A DNA stretch of 64,000 nucleotides from Squalus acanthias. Taxonomy: Eukaryota. Positions within the stretch are counted from its first letter, which is position 1. Every line of letters begins with the position of its first letter. Made by a program: the position numbers and the translations under genes. Under the pieces are notes generated by a model. It ran no database searches and had not been told where the DNA came from. It saw only the letters and a list, made by a program, of their open reading frames with translations. Of this stretch, positions 27,682 to 40,879 are shown piece after piece. Location of the stretch: NCBI GenBank assembly GCA_030390025.1, contig CM059431.1, positions 129,024,001 through 129,088,000 on the forward strand. Direction: 5' to 3'.

Positions 27682-30600
27682 ATGGGAACCATTTATTTCC
27701 TTTCCTCCTGGAGCTCAGATTTGGATGAAGACCAGCCGTGGCAGCAGCAGAACCCAGAACAACAGCAGCATCAACAGCAGGACCAACAACAGGACCAACA
27801 GGAGCGGCAACCTGACCTCAGTCCCGTGTGTTGCACGGCCTGCAACATGTGGGAATTCCGAGACGCTTCTTGCAGTCAGGATGACCACATGTGCAGTAAG
27901 TGACAACGGTTTGGCCAACTTGAGATCCGGTTTTTGGAGCTCGAGCGTCAGCTGGAGGCACTGCGGTGTATCCGCGAGGCTGAGAGTTACATGGATAGCA
28001 CGTTTTTAGACGTGGTCACCACACAGCTTAAGAAAGTGCAGTCAGAGAGGGAATGGGAGACCACCAGTCAGAAGAAGCGGGGCAGGCAGGTAGTCAGGAA
28101 AGCCCCAGAGTGCATCTCACTCAACAACCGTTTTTCTGTGTTGAAAAACGGTGAAAGTGATGGTTCCTCTGGGGAGTGCAGCCAGAGCCAATTTCACGGC
28201 ACTGTGGGTGGCTCAGCTGCACAAGGGGAGAGGAGTAAGAGTGGAAGGGCAATAGTGGTAGGAGACTCAATAGTGAGGGGTGCAGACAGGCGTTTCTGCA
28301 GCCGCAGACATGACTCCAAGATGGTATGTTGCCTCCCTGGTGCCAGGGTCAAGGATGTCACTGAATGGCTGCAGGGCATTCTGAAGGGGGAGGGCGAACG
28401 GTAAGAGGTCATGGTTCACATTGGTACCAACGACATAGGTAGAAAGAGGGATGAGGTCCTGCAACAAGAATTTAGTGAGCTAGGTAGCAGATTAAAAAGC
28501 AGGACCTCAAAGGTTGTAATCTCTGGATTACTCCCGGTGCCATGTGCTAGTGAGTATAGGAAAAGGAGGATAGAGCAGATGAATGCGTGGCTAAAGAGCT
28601 GGTGCAGGAGGGAGGGCTTCAGTTTCCTGGATCACTGGCTCTGCTTCTGGGGAAGGTGGAACCTGTACAAGTCGGACGGGTTGCACCTGAACCGGAACGG
28701 GACCAACATCCTTGCGGGAAGCTTTGCTAATGCTGTTGGGGGGGGGTTTAAACTAACTTGGCAGGGGGATGGGATACGGAGTGGGGCTATAGTAGGGGGG
28801 GATGCACAGCCAAATATAGAGGAAAAAACAAGTCAGTCTGGAAGGCAGAGCAAATATGTAACGGCACAAGGGAGTATGGCAAGGCTGGATGGCATTTATT
28901 TTAATGCAAGGAGTCTTGCGAGTAAGGCAGATGAATTGAAGGTGTTGATGAACACATGGGAGTATGATATTGTTGCAATCACAGAGACATGGTTGAGGGA
29001 GGGGCAGGACTGGCAGCTCAATATTCTGGGGTATAAAATCTTTAGGTGAGTCATAGGGGGGTGTAAAAGAGGAGGGGGTGTTGGAATATTAATCAAGGAA
29101 TCAATTACTGCAGTAAAGAGGGATGATATCTTAGCAGGTTCCTCTAATGAGGCCATATGGGTAGAACTTAAAAACAAAAAGGGGGCAAGCACTTTGCTGG
29201 TTGTGTACTATAGGTCCCCAAACAGTCAGGGGGAGATAGAGGAACAGATATGTGGGCAAATCTCAGAGAAGTGTAGAAATAATAGGGTAATAATAGTAGG
29301 GGATTTCAACTTGCCCAATATTAACTGGGATAGTCAGAGTGTAAAACGCTTAGAGGGTGCGGATTTCTTAAAGTGCATCCAGGAGAGCTTTTTGAGCCAG
29401 CATGTAGAAAGTCCTACAAGAGAGGGGGCGGTACTGGACCTAATTCTAGGGAATGTAGCCGGGCAAGTGGTAGAAGTGTCAGGAGGAGAGCATTTTGGTG
29501 ACAGTGACCATAATTCGGTGAGATTCAAGGTAGTCATGGAAAAGGACAAAGATAGACCGGAAATAAAGGTTCTAAATTGGGGGAAGGCCGATTTTAATAT
29601 GATAAGGCAGGATCTGGCCAAAGTGGACTGGGATCAGCTACTTGTATGAAAATCCACATCAGAGCAGTGGGAGTCATTCAGAAAGGACATGGAGAGAGTA
29701 CAGCGCCAACATGTTCCCGTAAAGGTCAAGGGTGGGACAAACAAGTCCAGGGAACCCTGGATGTGAAGGGATATACAAGAATGGATTCGGAAAAAAAGGG
29801 AGGCTTTGGGCAGATACAAAGGACTAAAAACAGTGGAAGCCCTGGAGGAGAATAGAAAGTGTAGGGGGGGGTACTTAAAAAAGAAATTAGGAGAGCGAAG
29901 AGGGGTCATGAAAAAACACTGGCAGGCAAAATAAAGGAAAATCCCAAGGTGTTTTATAAGTATATTAAGGGCAAGAGGATAACCAGGGAAAGAGTAGGGC
30001 CCATTCGGGACAAAAGTGGCAATCTGTGTGTAGAGCCGGAAGATGTAGGTGAGGTTTTAAATGAAAATTTTGCATCTGTGTTCACGATGGAGAAGGTCGA
30101 TGTAGTCATAGAAATCAGGCAGGGGGATTGTGATATACTTGAACAAATTAGCATTGAGAGGGAGGAGGTACTAGTGGTTTTAGCGAACTTAAAAGTGGAT
30201 AAATCCCCAGGCCCAGACGAGATGTATCCAAGGCTGCTGTGTGAGGCAAGGGAAGGAGATTGCAGGGGCTCTGACACAAATTTTAAGAACCTCTCTGGCC
30301 ACAGGGGAGGTACCAGAGGACTGGAGGACAGCTAACGTAGTACCATTATTCAAGAAGGGTAGTAGGGATAAACCAGGGAATTACAGGCCAGTGAGCCAAA
30401 CATTAGTGGTAGGGAAATTATTGGAAAAAATTCTGAGGGACAGAATTAGTCTCCACTTGGAGAGGCAAGAATAATTCAAGGATAGTCAGCATGGCTTTGT
30501 CAGGGGGAGATCATGTCTGACCAATTTGATTGAATTTTTTGAGGGGGTGACTAGGTGTGTGGATGAGGGTAGTGCAGTTGATGTAGTCTACATGGACTTC

Positions 30601-32399
30601 AGTAAGGCTTTTGACAAAGTCCCGCAGGGGAGACTGGTCAAGAAGGTAAGAGCCCATGGGATCCAGGGCAATTTGGCACATTGGATCCAAAATTGGCTTA
30701 GTGGCAGGAGGCAGAGGGTAATGGTCGAAGGTTGCTTTTGTGACTGGAAGCCTGTGTCCAGTGGTGTACCGCAGGGATCGGTGCTGGGTCCCTTGCTGTT
30801 TGTAGTGCACATTAATGATTTAGATATGAATGTAGGAGGTATGATCAGTAAGTTCGCAGATGACATGAAAATTGGTGGAGTGGTAAATAGTGAGGAGGGA
30901 AGCCTCAGGCTACAGGACGATATAGATGGGTTGGTCAGATGGGCAGAACAGTGGCAAATGGAATTTAACCATGAAAAGTGTGAGGTGATACATTTTGGGA
31001 GGACTAACAAGGAAAGGGAATACTCAATGAATGGTGGGACCCTAGGAAGGACAGAGGATCAGAGGGACCTTGGTGTACATGTACATAGCTACCTGTCCTG
31101 CTGCCTTCAGGGATCTAAGGTGGTTAAGAAGGCATATGGGATACTTGCCTTCATTAGCCGAGGCATAGAATATAAGAGCAGGGAGGTTATGATGGAGCTG
31201 TACAAAACGCTAGTTAGGCCACAGCTGGAATACTGTGTGCAGTTCTGGTCGCTACACTATAGGAAGAATGTGATTACATTGGAGAGGGTGCAGAGGAGAT
31301 TCACCAGGATGTTACCTGGGCTGGAGCGTTTCAGCTATGAAGAGAGACTGGACAGGCTGGGGTTGTTTTCCTTAGAGCAGAGAAGGCTGAGGGGGGACCC
31401 GATTGAGGTGTACAAAATTATGAGGGGCATAGATAGGGTAGATAGAAAGGAACTTTTCCCCTCAGCAGAGGGGTCAATAACCAGGGGGCATAGTTTCAAG
31501 GTAAGGGGCAGGAGGTTTAGAGGGGATTGGAGGAAAAACTTTTTAACCGAGAGGATGGTTGAAATCTGGAACTCACTGCCTGAAAGGGTGGTAGAGGCAG
31601 GAACCCTCAACATTCAAGAAGCATTTAGATGAGCACTTGAAACACCATAGCATACAAGGCTACGGACCAAGTGCTGGAAAATGGGATTAGAATAGACAGG
31701 GCTTGATGGCCGGCGCGGACACGATTGGCCGAAGGGCCTCTTTCTGTGCTGTATAACTCTATGACTCTGTGACTCTATCACCTGAAGCTGCACAGGCCAG
31801 AAGGCGCCAGCGCAGGGAAGGACATCGCCGCAGTAGATACCCCCAACACAGGGTTTAAAGACAGAGGATGAGCTACCTCAACATGACTGCGCAGCAGTGC
31901 CAAAGGAGGCCCAGACTTTCGCGAGAGGTAGTGGGTGACATCTGTGCAATGCTGCAGCAAGACCTGGAGCCCAGAGGAGTGGGTGGACACCCCTTACCAG
32001 TGGCCGTCAAAGTCACCAACCCACGCAACCTTTTTGCTTCAGGCTCATTCCAGTGATCAACAGCAGACATCAGCGGTATCTCCCAGGCGGCCGCACACAC
32101 TTGCATCACGCAGGTAACCGATGCCCTCTTTGCCAACATGCACAATTACATCAACTTCTCCAAGGATCAAGCAAGTGTAACCACGTGTGCGGTTGGCTTT
32201 GCTACTCTGGCAGGCTTTCCAAGGGTGCAGGGTGTCGTTGACTGCACACATGTGGCCCTTAAGGCACCCCATCACTATCCAGGTATTTTTGTCAACCACA
32301 AGGGCTTCCACTCCCTCAACATGCAGCTGGTGTGTAACCACAATAAGGAAATTTTGCATGTTTGCGCCAAGTACCCTGGCAGTTGCCATGACTCCTTCA
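27682..32399 (+). pseudogene. Harbinger transposase split by CR1 (parts 27682-27820 and 31778-32399); 3' part lost
   Basis: MGTIYF..Q-rich; [31 protein letters not shown]; close paralogue of the transposase at 2757-16720. Confidence 0.85.
27823..31777 (+). mobile_element. Near full-length CR1 LINE (ORF1 esterase; ORF2 APE endonuclease + RT), inactivated
   Basis: ORF1 CxxC..CxxC zipper, GDSIVRG, HIGTND, DGLHLN; ORF2 YFNARS, ITETWL, GDFN, SDHN, KSPGPD, FADD; (CTCTATGA)n-like tail; several stops and frameshifts. Confidence 0.93.
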
Positions 32400-33507
32400 T
32401 AGAAACATAGAAACATAGAAGATTGGAGCAGGAGCAGGCCATTCAGCCCCTCGAGCCTGCTCCGCCATTCAATGAGATCATGGCTGATCATCCAAATTCA
32501 GTACCCTGTCCCTGCCTTCTCCCCATATCCCTTGATCCCTTTAGCTTTAAGAAATATATGCAACTCCTTCTTGAATATATTTAATGAATTGGCCTCTACT
32601 GCCTTCTGTGGTAGAGAATTCCACAGGTTCACCACTCTCTGGGTGAAGAAATTCCTCCTCATCTCAGTCCTAAATGGCTTACCCCTTATCCTTAGACTGT
32701 GGCCCCTGGTTCTGGACTCCCCGGCCATCGGGAACATCCTTCCTGCATCTAGTCTGTCTAGTCCTGTTAGAATTTTAAAAGTTTCAATGAGATTCCCTCT
32801 CATTCTTCTAAACTCCAGCGAGTATAAGCCCAATCGACCCAATCTCTCCTCATACGTCATTCCTGTCATCCCAGGTATCAGCCTGGTGAATCTTCGCTGC
32901 ACTCCCTCCATGGCAAGAACATCCTTCCTCAGATAAGGCGACCAAAACTGCACACAATACTCAAGATGTGGTCTCACCAAGGCCCTGTACAACTGCAGCA
33001 AGACATCCTTGTTCCTGTACTCGAACCCTTTCGCTACGAAGGCCAACATACCATTTGCCTTCTTAACCGCCTGCTGCACCTGCATGCTTACCTTCAGCGA
33101 CTGGTGCACAAGGACACCCAGGTCTCGTTGCACTTCCCCTTCTCCCAATCTATTGCCATTCAGATAATAATCTGCCTTCCTGTTTTTGACACCAAAGTGG
33201 ATAACCTCGCATTTATCCACATTATATTGCATCTGCCATGCTTCTGCCCAATCACCCAACCTGTCCAAATCATACTGGAGTTTCTCGGTATCCTCCTCAC
33301 AGCACACACTCCCACCCAGCTTTGTGTCGTCTGCAAACTTGGAGATATTACATCCAATTCCCTCATCTAGATCATTAATATAGATTGTGAATAGCTGGGG
33401 TCCTAGGACCGATCCCTGCAGTACCCCACTAGTCACTGCCTGCCACTCGGAAAAAGACCCATTTATTCCAACTCTTTGCTTTCTGTCTGGTTGGCAGACA
33501 GAAAGCA
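32400..33507 (-). mobile_element. 5'-truncated young CR1 LINE (same subfamily as 20769-22581)
   Basis: 337-aa open ORF 32498-33511 nearly identical to 21535-22475; (AGAAACAT)n tail on +. Confidence 0.92.
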
Positions 33508-33680
33508 TCACAGTGATAGGGAGTGTCTGGGCTGCATAGTCGAATAGTTACGTGAATGTGAACATAGAGAGAGAGGGAATGGTTAAGGGTGCAGGGATGT
33601 AAGGGTCAAGTGGGATGTGGAGGAGGAGGTTGACAATGCAGAGTGCTGGTGATGAGAGGCGATGGGGAGCAGATTGAGGG

Positions 33681-33941
33681 TCATGGTGATGGAATACTCA
33701 CTTTTCCTGTGCAGAGAAGGTCATGAAACCTCTTTCTGCTCTGCAGCCAGGTTCTGCTGCACATTGAGATGGCACTGACCTCCTGTGCCACTTGCAGCCA
33801 CACAGCTTTGGTCTGCTGGGTAGGATTTTTCCTCCCAGAAGAAGGAAATAGCACTTCCTTCTGAGCTCTTGCTCCCTCCACCAGAGCTTGGAGGGAGTCC
33901 TCATCAAAGCAGGGTGCGCACTTGGGTCTTGAGCTTGCCAT
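33681..33941 (-). pseudogene. Harbinger Myb/SANT-like protein exon 1
   Basis: APCFDEDSLQALVEG..KEVLFP..AVWLQVAQEVS..RTWLQSRKRFHDL, ending at a GTGAGT donor-like site. Confidence 0.78.
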
Positions 33942-36239
33942 GTTTGCACCACTAATCCCTCAGAAGTCTCAGCAAAAAAGTTGTGATGCAGAAAATAAAC
34001 CAAGGCTGCTTGCAAGCCTTAAATGCAGCTGCATAGATGACGTCATCAGAGGCGAGTTTCAGGACCAAAAGATTCATTGGGCCAGGGGTTCCCACACGCT
34101 GGAAATCAAGTGCCCAATTAGGGCAAAATCGCTCAATTGTCCCACCTCACATCAGAGGCGGGGGCGGGACCCAGCGACCACCTGACCAGATCCCAACCCG
34201 CCCCCATGACAAAATTCAGCCCCAACTGTATTTTAACTCTGGGCAGCAGCAATCGGCGCCCGGTGGGAGTTGTGCTTAACTTATTTAAACAAGTCCCAGA
34301 AGTTAACGTGGCAGGTGCCAAGACTAGCCAGCCCGAGCCTGACACCCACCCTGCCAGACCCACGCTCACACCTTGCCCCCAGTTAAAATCGGGCCTTGTC
34401 AGATTATTAAAAAGGGGTGATAATTGTGAGACTCATTCTCTAAATATAAAGTACAATGAAACACTCCAGTTGATTCAAGGGATATTTGCCTTACCTGCCT
34501 ATAGTTGCCCCATATTACTGTACAACTCAGTTGTGATACTAACCTGATGTACCTAACAAGTATTCTTTATAAGCAAACGAAAGACAGAGCCTCACGTTCA
34601 CAATGCTGACTTAATAGCACACAAAATTCCACAGTCACGACTAAAAATGGTCTTTAAAAAACACCATAGTAAACTATATGTGGTGGTGGTTGAGGCGTCG
34701 GGGGGGCGGGGGGGGGGGCGGGCGCTTTGTTTTACAACTCTCTTGCACACTGGTGTTATGAACCTGAGCTCTGAAAAATAAAATAACAGCACAAGGAGGC
34801 AAAATCCTTCTGACCTTCACTATCTAAAAAATACCGAATACTGAGCTCGGTATTGATGAAGCCATTACAATGTCCTACATGAATTCAGTTGTGTTTGGTT
34901 GCAATGATTGCCCAGGGTGCAATATGCTCTGATTTGTATTATAGCTGAAGCTGCTGCTTGAAGAAAAACTCCAAGGTCACAGCCCAGGAATTACTGTGTA
35001 ATTGAAGCTGAAAGAGTGGTTAAGGGCCCTCCCTACAATAAAATGAGTTATGATAACACTTATTTACAGAAGTGCTGAGGTATCAACAGCCGGTTAGATT
35101 AAGAAATCCATTTCTTATGGAGTCTTTATCCTTATTTAGCATATTATCTGTCTTTTGAGGTAATGGGTTGACACACATAAATCACATAGTTCTCATAATG
35201 AAAGCTGGCTGTGTAACAGAATTGGTTTGATTCCACTGTCAGTAAATAACAAATAAATCGCAAAGCCTGTCAAATGAGACTTAGAACAAGAATAAAGCCA
35301 TTTTCACTCCATTAGCGCCAGTTCTCCTCAGACACTGGGGGTCCCAACAATACTCGGTCCAAAGTCTACCAGTTGTTTTTATATATATAGTTTTGCTAAA
35401 CAGTATAAAGAAAAAAAAACAGCATTCCAAATAAAAAACATCTTATTATATTGCACAATGAGTAATAGATGAAGTTACTTTAAATTATTGCCTTATTTTT
35501 AAAAATTCACTTTTAAAATTAGTTATAATGTATTTCCTGCATCCAGAAGGTATTTCGTAAAAACATTCTATTAACTTAGTTAAAACATAATAAACCAAGT
35601 GCAGAATTGTCTTTTCTGCAAACTGAAAGGAAATGTTGATAGTAATCTTGCAGTCCCTATACAGAGGGTAGATTTTACACACTGTAGCTCTCAGCCTGGA
35701 GCTTTATGCGACAAAATGTGCTTATCAGAAATTTAAGCATGGAGGTCAGTGGGCCCCATAGGAATTTCCACCATTCATTTTATATAACATTGCCCCACTG
35801 TACCATTACAATGCTTTCTTCTAGTTTTCTGCACTTTAAATCTAATTTGCCTCCAATGGGGAGTTAACCACCCCCCAACCCCGCCATGGAAAGGAACAAA
35901 TAAAAGCACAAATTAAGTAGTTTACAAACAGAAAGCACCTATTTGACCTTTCAGGATTAACATGGCTTACGTTTCCACTGCTGGTTAATGTAGAGCAATG
36001 GCATGAAAAACCATACTGACATGTAATCCATGTTTCAGTTAGTCCAAATGTCAAAATGGAGTAATAAATTAATGAAACAATTAATTGAAAGGAAAGTTGA
36101 AATTAAAGGCCTCAAAAGGCCTTGTCAAGTGTATATTGAAATATATTGGCTCAAATAGCCTGGAAAATTAACACGTTTTGAAAAAGCAGAACCTCAGCTA
36201 TCTCACAAGGGTGGCGAGGATGAAGGCTGCCCGACATGT

Positions 36240-36880
36240 GATATAGAGGCTTTGGAAAGGGTGCAGAGAAGGGCCACTAGACTAATTCCCAGTATAAAGC
36301 ATCTTAGTTATCAAGATAGTCTAAAAGAGTTGGGACTCTAGACCTTAGAGAAGCGTATACTTAGGGGGGATCTAATTGAGATTTATAAGATAATGAAGGG
36401 AATAGATTGTGTTCCAGCTGACAGTTATTTCAATTAAATAGATTAGGCTGGACCAGGGGTCACAAATGTAAGTTGTATAAGGCTAGATCTGGGTTAGATG
36501 TCAGGAGGTGGTTCTTTTCCCAGAGAATAGTGGACCTCTGGAACAGGCTGCCATCTCGTGTGGTGGGCGCGGACTCGCTGAATTCCTTCAAGCGAGAGCT
36601 GGATTTGTTTCTACCTGGTGCGGAGATCACCTCTTACAGAAGGTAGGTACTGCCAGGAATTCAGGGCCAGAGTGATCTCCTGGACTAGTTTCAATCACCT
36701 AGAGGGGTCAGAGAGGAATTTCCCAGATTTTTCCCCAAATTGACCTGGGTTTTTTATCTGTTTTTTTGCCTCGTTCAGGAGATCACATGGTTTCAGGTTG
36801 GGTGGAGTGTGTATGTTGTGATACACAAGGTATCACAATTGTGTGGGACAGGCCTGATGGACCGTACAAAGAATGGAGAC
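36240..36880 (+). mobile_element. CR1-type LINE 3' fragment (different subfamily)
   Basis: DIEALERVQRRATRLIPS..LRGDLIEIYKIMKG..RRWFFSQRIVDLWNRLP. Confidence 0.7.
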
Positions 36881-37203
36881 TTCCTTAGGAATGTCTATAA
36901 AACTAAAATGAAAGTGTCCCTAATTTTCAACTTCCAACATGAGGAGGAAATCACATCCATTGATCCCTCCAATTTACTTTATTAAATCATTAATCATGTC
37001 TAACACAATATGCATGCCAATAAAATGTTATATATTGTAATGGAATACAGCCACATTCCATAAAATTTGGATAGCAAAAATTATTTCAGAGTCTTAGGCT
37101 GCAGAGAAGAAAGAACTTGCATTTATATAGCACCTTATCAAATCGATCAGGACATCTCAAAGTACTTCACATCCAATGAATCAGGTATTGTAGTACAATC
37201 AAT

Positions 37204-38959
37204 GGGCTGGATTTTTCCAAGCTCGGCGGGCGTGTCCGTGGCATGTGACGACCTCACATCTGTCTTGATCCTGGCCTCCAACAAGATTTTACGTTGATTG
37301 GGCTTCTTAAGCCCGCCCTGCGAGGTTCCCGGCCAATTAATGGGAAGCAGGTCTGATGACGTCATTTGATGACGCGTCATCAGCTGGTTTCCTTAAAGGG
37401 GCCATGTCCAAATTGATTTTGACAGTTCTGCTGTCAGTGTTCTACAGCATTGAGGTGCTGCAAACACTGTCAAGTACTGCACAAAGGCACACGGCTACAC
37501 CCAGGCTTTCCCATGACTCCCTCCATATGCTTATGGAGGGAGTCACAGCACGCAGGGAGGTTTTGTTCCCTTCCCATGAGCGGAAGAGACCTCCCCAGGA
37601 GACCAACGCAACCTGGTTGCACATTGCACAGCAGGGCACAAGCAGGGATGTCGTCAGGAGGACCAGGCTGCAGTGGCACAAACCTTTCAATGATCTCAGT
37701 AAATCACGAAACGTTACTGCAAAGCCACACTCAACCTCATTCTGCTGTGCCACTCATCACTCTGCCTTCCCTACCCTACTCCTGCACATCCTTACTCACA
37801 CCAACTTACCTTGCACCTCCACCCATCCCTCTCTATCTACATTAACACTTCCCCATCTCACTAGCCACCCCTCACACTCACCCTCATCCTAGTCCAATCA
37901 TACCAACTAACAACACACAAGGGTAGGCACTTGGGTGTTTTAGCCAATGTTCGTGTAAACCTTCTGCTAATGTGTTGTCAAGCATTGAAATCCTTATTGT
38001 CACCACTTTGCCTTCTTGGACAGATCCATGTGCACCTTTGAAAGTGTCTTAGTGAGTTCCAGTGAATGGTGAGACATAACATCCCACCACCCGCGCCCCC
38101 CTCCCCCCCACAATGGTGATGAGTCTGAAAGGAATGGCTTGAACATTGTAGGGATGCTTTATGGTGCTGGTGTGGGGTGGTGCCAACCTGGTGCATCATC
38201 TGGCAGCCAAGGTGTTCAGTGTTAAGTGAAGCAAATCTGGACATGGTGAGACCATCGCTGGCGTCCCGGGCAGCAATGTGCACAGGTGATGATGCCCTGT
38301 GTCCAGTGCAGCATCAGGTGATTGCGGAGAAGGTTGGTGTGGATGTTGGTGCTGCTGGTGTGCCCACTGATGCTGGTGTTGGGGCTGATCGTGTTGGGAT
38401 TCTGAGGATCAAGTTGAGATTTTTTCAAGGGCACCGATGCTGATGGAATAGATGGCAGGTGAGGTTGAGATGACAGAAGTAATCTGTCAATGTTGAGATA
38501 GGTTGTTCCAAGGAGGTGACAGTGGATAGAGAGATTGCTCCAAACACTTTGAGCATAAAGCTCAAGAGTGGGTTCCAAATCATTAATGCTCCAGCTTCTA
38601 AGATTGGGAGGTGAACAGCTGTGAAATGGTAGGTTTTATATCACTTTTGCAGCTTTCAGCTATTCACAGCAATCCACAGTCATTGAGAACCCGACATACT
38701 TACCTGACGCGATAGCCGTTTTCCTGGGAACCTCGTTGAAAACCTGGTGAAATGGTAAGCAGACGGGAAGCTTTTAATGATCTAAATTAGCTGACCCGCC
38801 GCTTGGTATCGGGTCTGTTCAGGAATGACAGACCCAATACTTGGGAAACTGACAAGGAGGCGGGTTTACAGCGGGAGACCGACCCGCTGTCAATCATTGT
38901 GATTTTGACAGCGGACCCATCTCCAAACCTGCACTCTGAGCACCAGCAAAATTGAGCCC
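37204..38959. mobile_element. Internally deleted Harbinger (Myb ORF remnant 37480-37710; transposase remnants on -)
   Basis: TIR GGGCTGGATTTT / AAAATTGAGCCC, TSD AAT; interrupts a DeuSINE-like tail (37100-37203, 38963-39020). Confidence 0.8.
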
Positions 38960-39311
38960 AATGTTGTTATGTGAGGAAGTGCAGCAGCAAATTTGAGCAT
39001 AGCATAGTTCTCACAAATAACAAATGAGTTGAATAAAATAGAGAGAAAACTGAAAATGTTAGAAATCTGAAATAAAATCAGAAAATACTAGAAATACGCA
39101 GCATGTGGTTCAACGTCTGTAAAGCGAATAGAAACGTTAACATATTTTGGCTGTGTAACCAGTTAATCTGTTTTTGAGGGGAAAATGTTGGCAGGGCACC
39201 AGGTGAATTCTCTGCCATTCTTTGAGTAGTGCCATGGGATCTTTTATATCTATCTGAATCACCATAAAAGGCAGATGGGGCCCTGGTTGAACATTTCATC
39301 CAAAAGACAAT

Positions 39312-40055
39312 GGCCCTGAAATTGCAGTGTCTGTGATGATGTACTCTCAGAGTACTCCGTCGTATTCTGTTTGAAATGCTCCGCAAGTTCCGGATTTCCA
39401 CATACGCTTGCGCATGCGCGAAATCCGGAACTTGTGGCCTGTTATGCGTTGACAGGCCATCCACGGGGGGGTCCGAAAAAGTATCGCTGGCGCAGTGTTG
39501 GGCTATTTGCCCAGCGACTGGCCAGCAATTGCCCACGTAAGTCTTATGGTTGATGCAAGCAGGTTAGGGCCTGCTTGCATCAGCGTAAGGGGATAACGAA
39601 GGCTTAACTTAAACATTTTTTCCCTAAATTATGCACATACACTTTATTAAATGTTTTTATGCAAATATTGTCCTGGATTACAGTATTAATGATGTAGAAA
39701 ATGATCAAAAAGTCACATTTTTATTGAGGTTGGTGCAATGAAGGAACTTATGAATAAAATTCCAATTCTGTACCTTGTATAATTATTAGATTTGGGGATT
39801 CCATCGCATATCATTAGGGGATTCCCTTCATAAATTATTGAAATGTAATTCTCCTTTGTCATTGGAGGACCATGCCCATGTGATCCCAGGTACGCTTCCG
39901 AACCGCCTGCGTCCCTGGGATCCATGGGCCATTACACTGCCCTCCACCTCGAGGCCTGAGACCACAACTTTTCACAGCCAGGAGGTACTTTCTGAATTGT
40001 TTTGCGAGTCAGAGCCGTACTCCGGAGGTACACCACCGACCGCAATTTCTAGGCC
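39312..40055. mobile_element. MITE
   Basis: TIR GGCCCTGAAATTGC / GCAATTTCTAGGCC, TSD AAT; inserted in a DeuSINE-like remnant. Confidence 0.78.
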
Positions 40056-40879
40056 AATACCTATAACAATGCAGAATTCCCCAGGCGTTGGATATTCAGC
40101 TTCATAATCACCCCAATTCTGGTGCTAATAGAATATCAGGGCCGGGAGATGGGTCAGGCACCCCATCTGTCTGTCACAACATCTAGGTGACAGCAATATT
40201 TGGGCCGACATCTGGTTACGGATGGGAATATGTTACTTGATGGAGTTTCCATCACTCATGTCTTAGCAACCCTTAGCAATCAGTTGCACTAGGCTTGAAA
40301 ATTATTTTCTTCTGCCAGTGTCGCTAGTCATTCTACGTTGCTGTCAATTTTCTCCCCCCAGCCCCCACCCACCCCCCCCCCGCACCCCCCTTCCACCTGA
40401 GATAGGAAGCTGGTGGTGATGCAAATGCCATTTGGAACTTGTCACCAACAGGCCAATGAGCCTCACCTTGGAAAATATGCTGGGGTTAGTGCTCATCATG
40501 ATGATTGGGTGCAAAGCCCACCCTGCCACCGAACCAATGGGATTCCCACCGGATCAGCAAAAACCTGTCCCCGCAGTATTGCACTGGAGTGTTAGCTTAG
40601 ATTATATGCTCCCATCCTGGGGCTTGAACACACCTTCTGAACATGGAACAAACAGTGAGGTATAAAGGCTAGAATGCCCAAGTAATGGTGTGGCTGATTC
40701 TCTGGTCATTAAGATTAATGCTGAGGTTTGCATGTTATACTGAAAGAATGTGTGAGGAGTTGGCATGGACCAGTAGTAAATATGGAACGCATGCAATCAA
40801 CAGTCTGTGCCATGGAATCTTGGGCCCTCTACCTTGTACATGGCATTGTTGGATTGCTTTACTTTGCTTGATTGCTTAA

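Larger units (their letters stand above)
27155..34222. mobile_element. PIF/Harbinger transposon with two nested CR1 insertions
   Basis: TIR GGGCTGGATTTTG / CAAAATTCAGCCC, TSD CAG/CAA; transposase (+) and Myb ORF (-). Confidence 0.82.
26927..34396. mobile_element. Older MITE that hosts the Harbinger at 27155-34222
   Basis: Imperfect TIR AGCCCCAATTTTAAC / GTTAAAATCGGGCCT; boundaries approximate. Confidence 0.4.
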
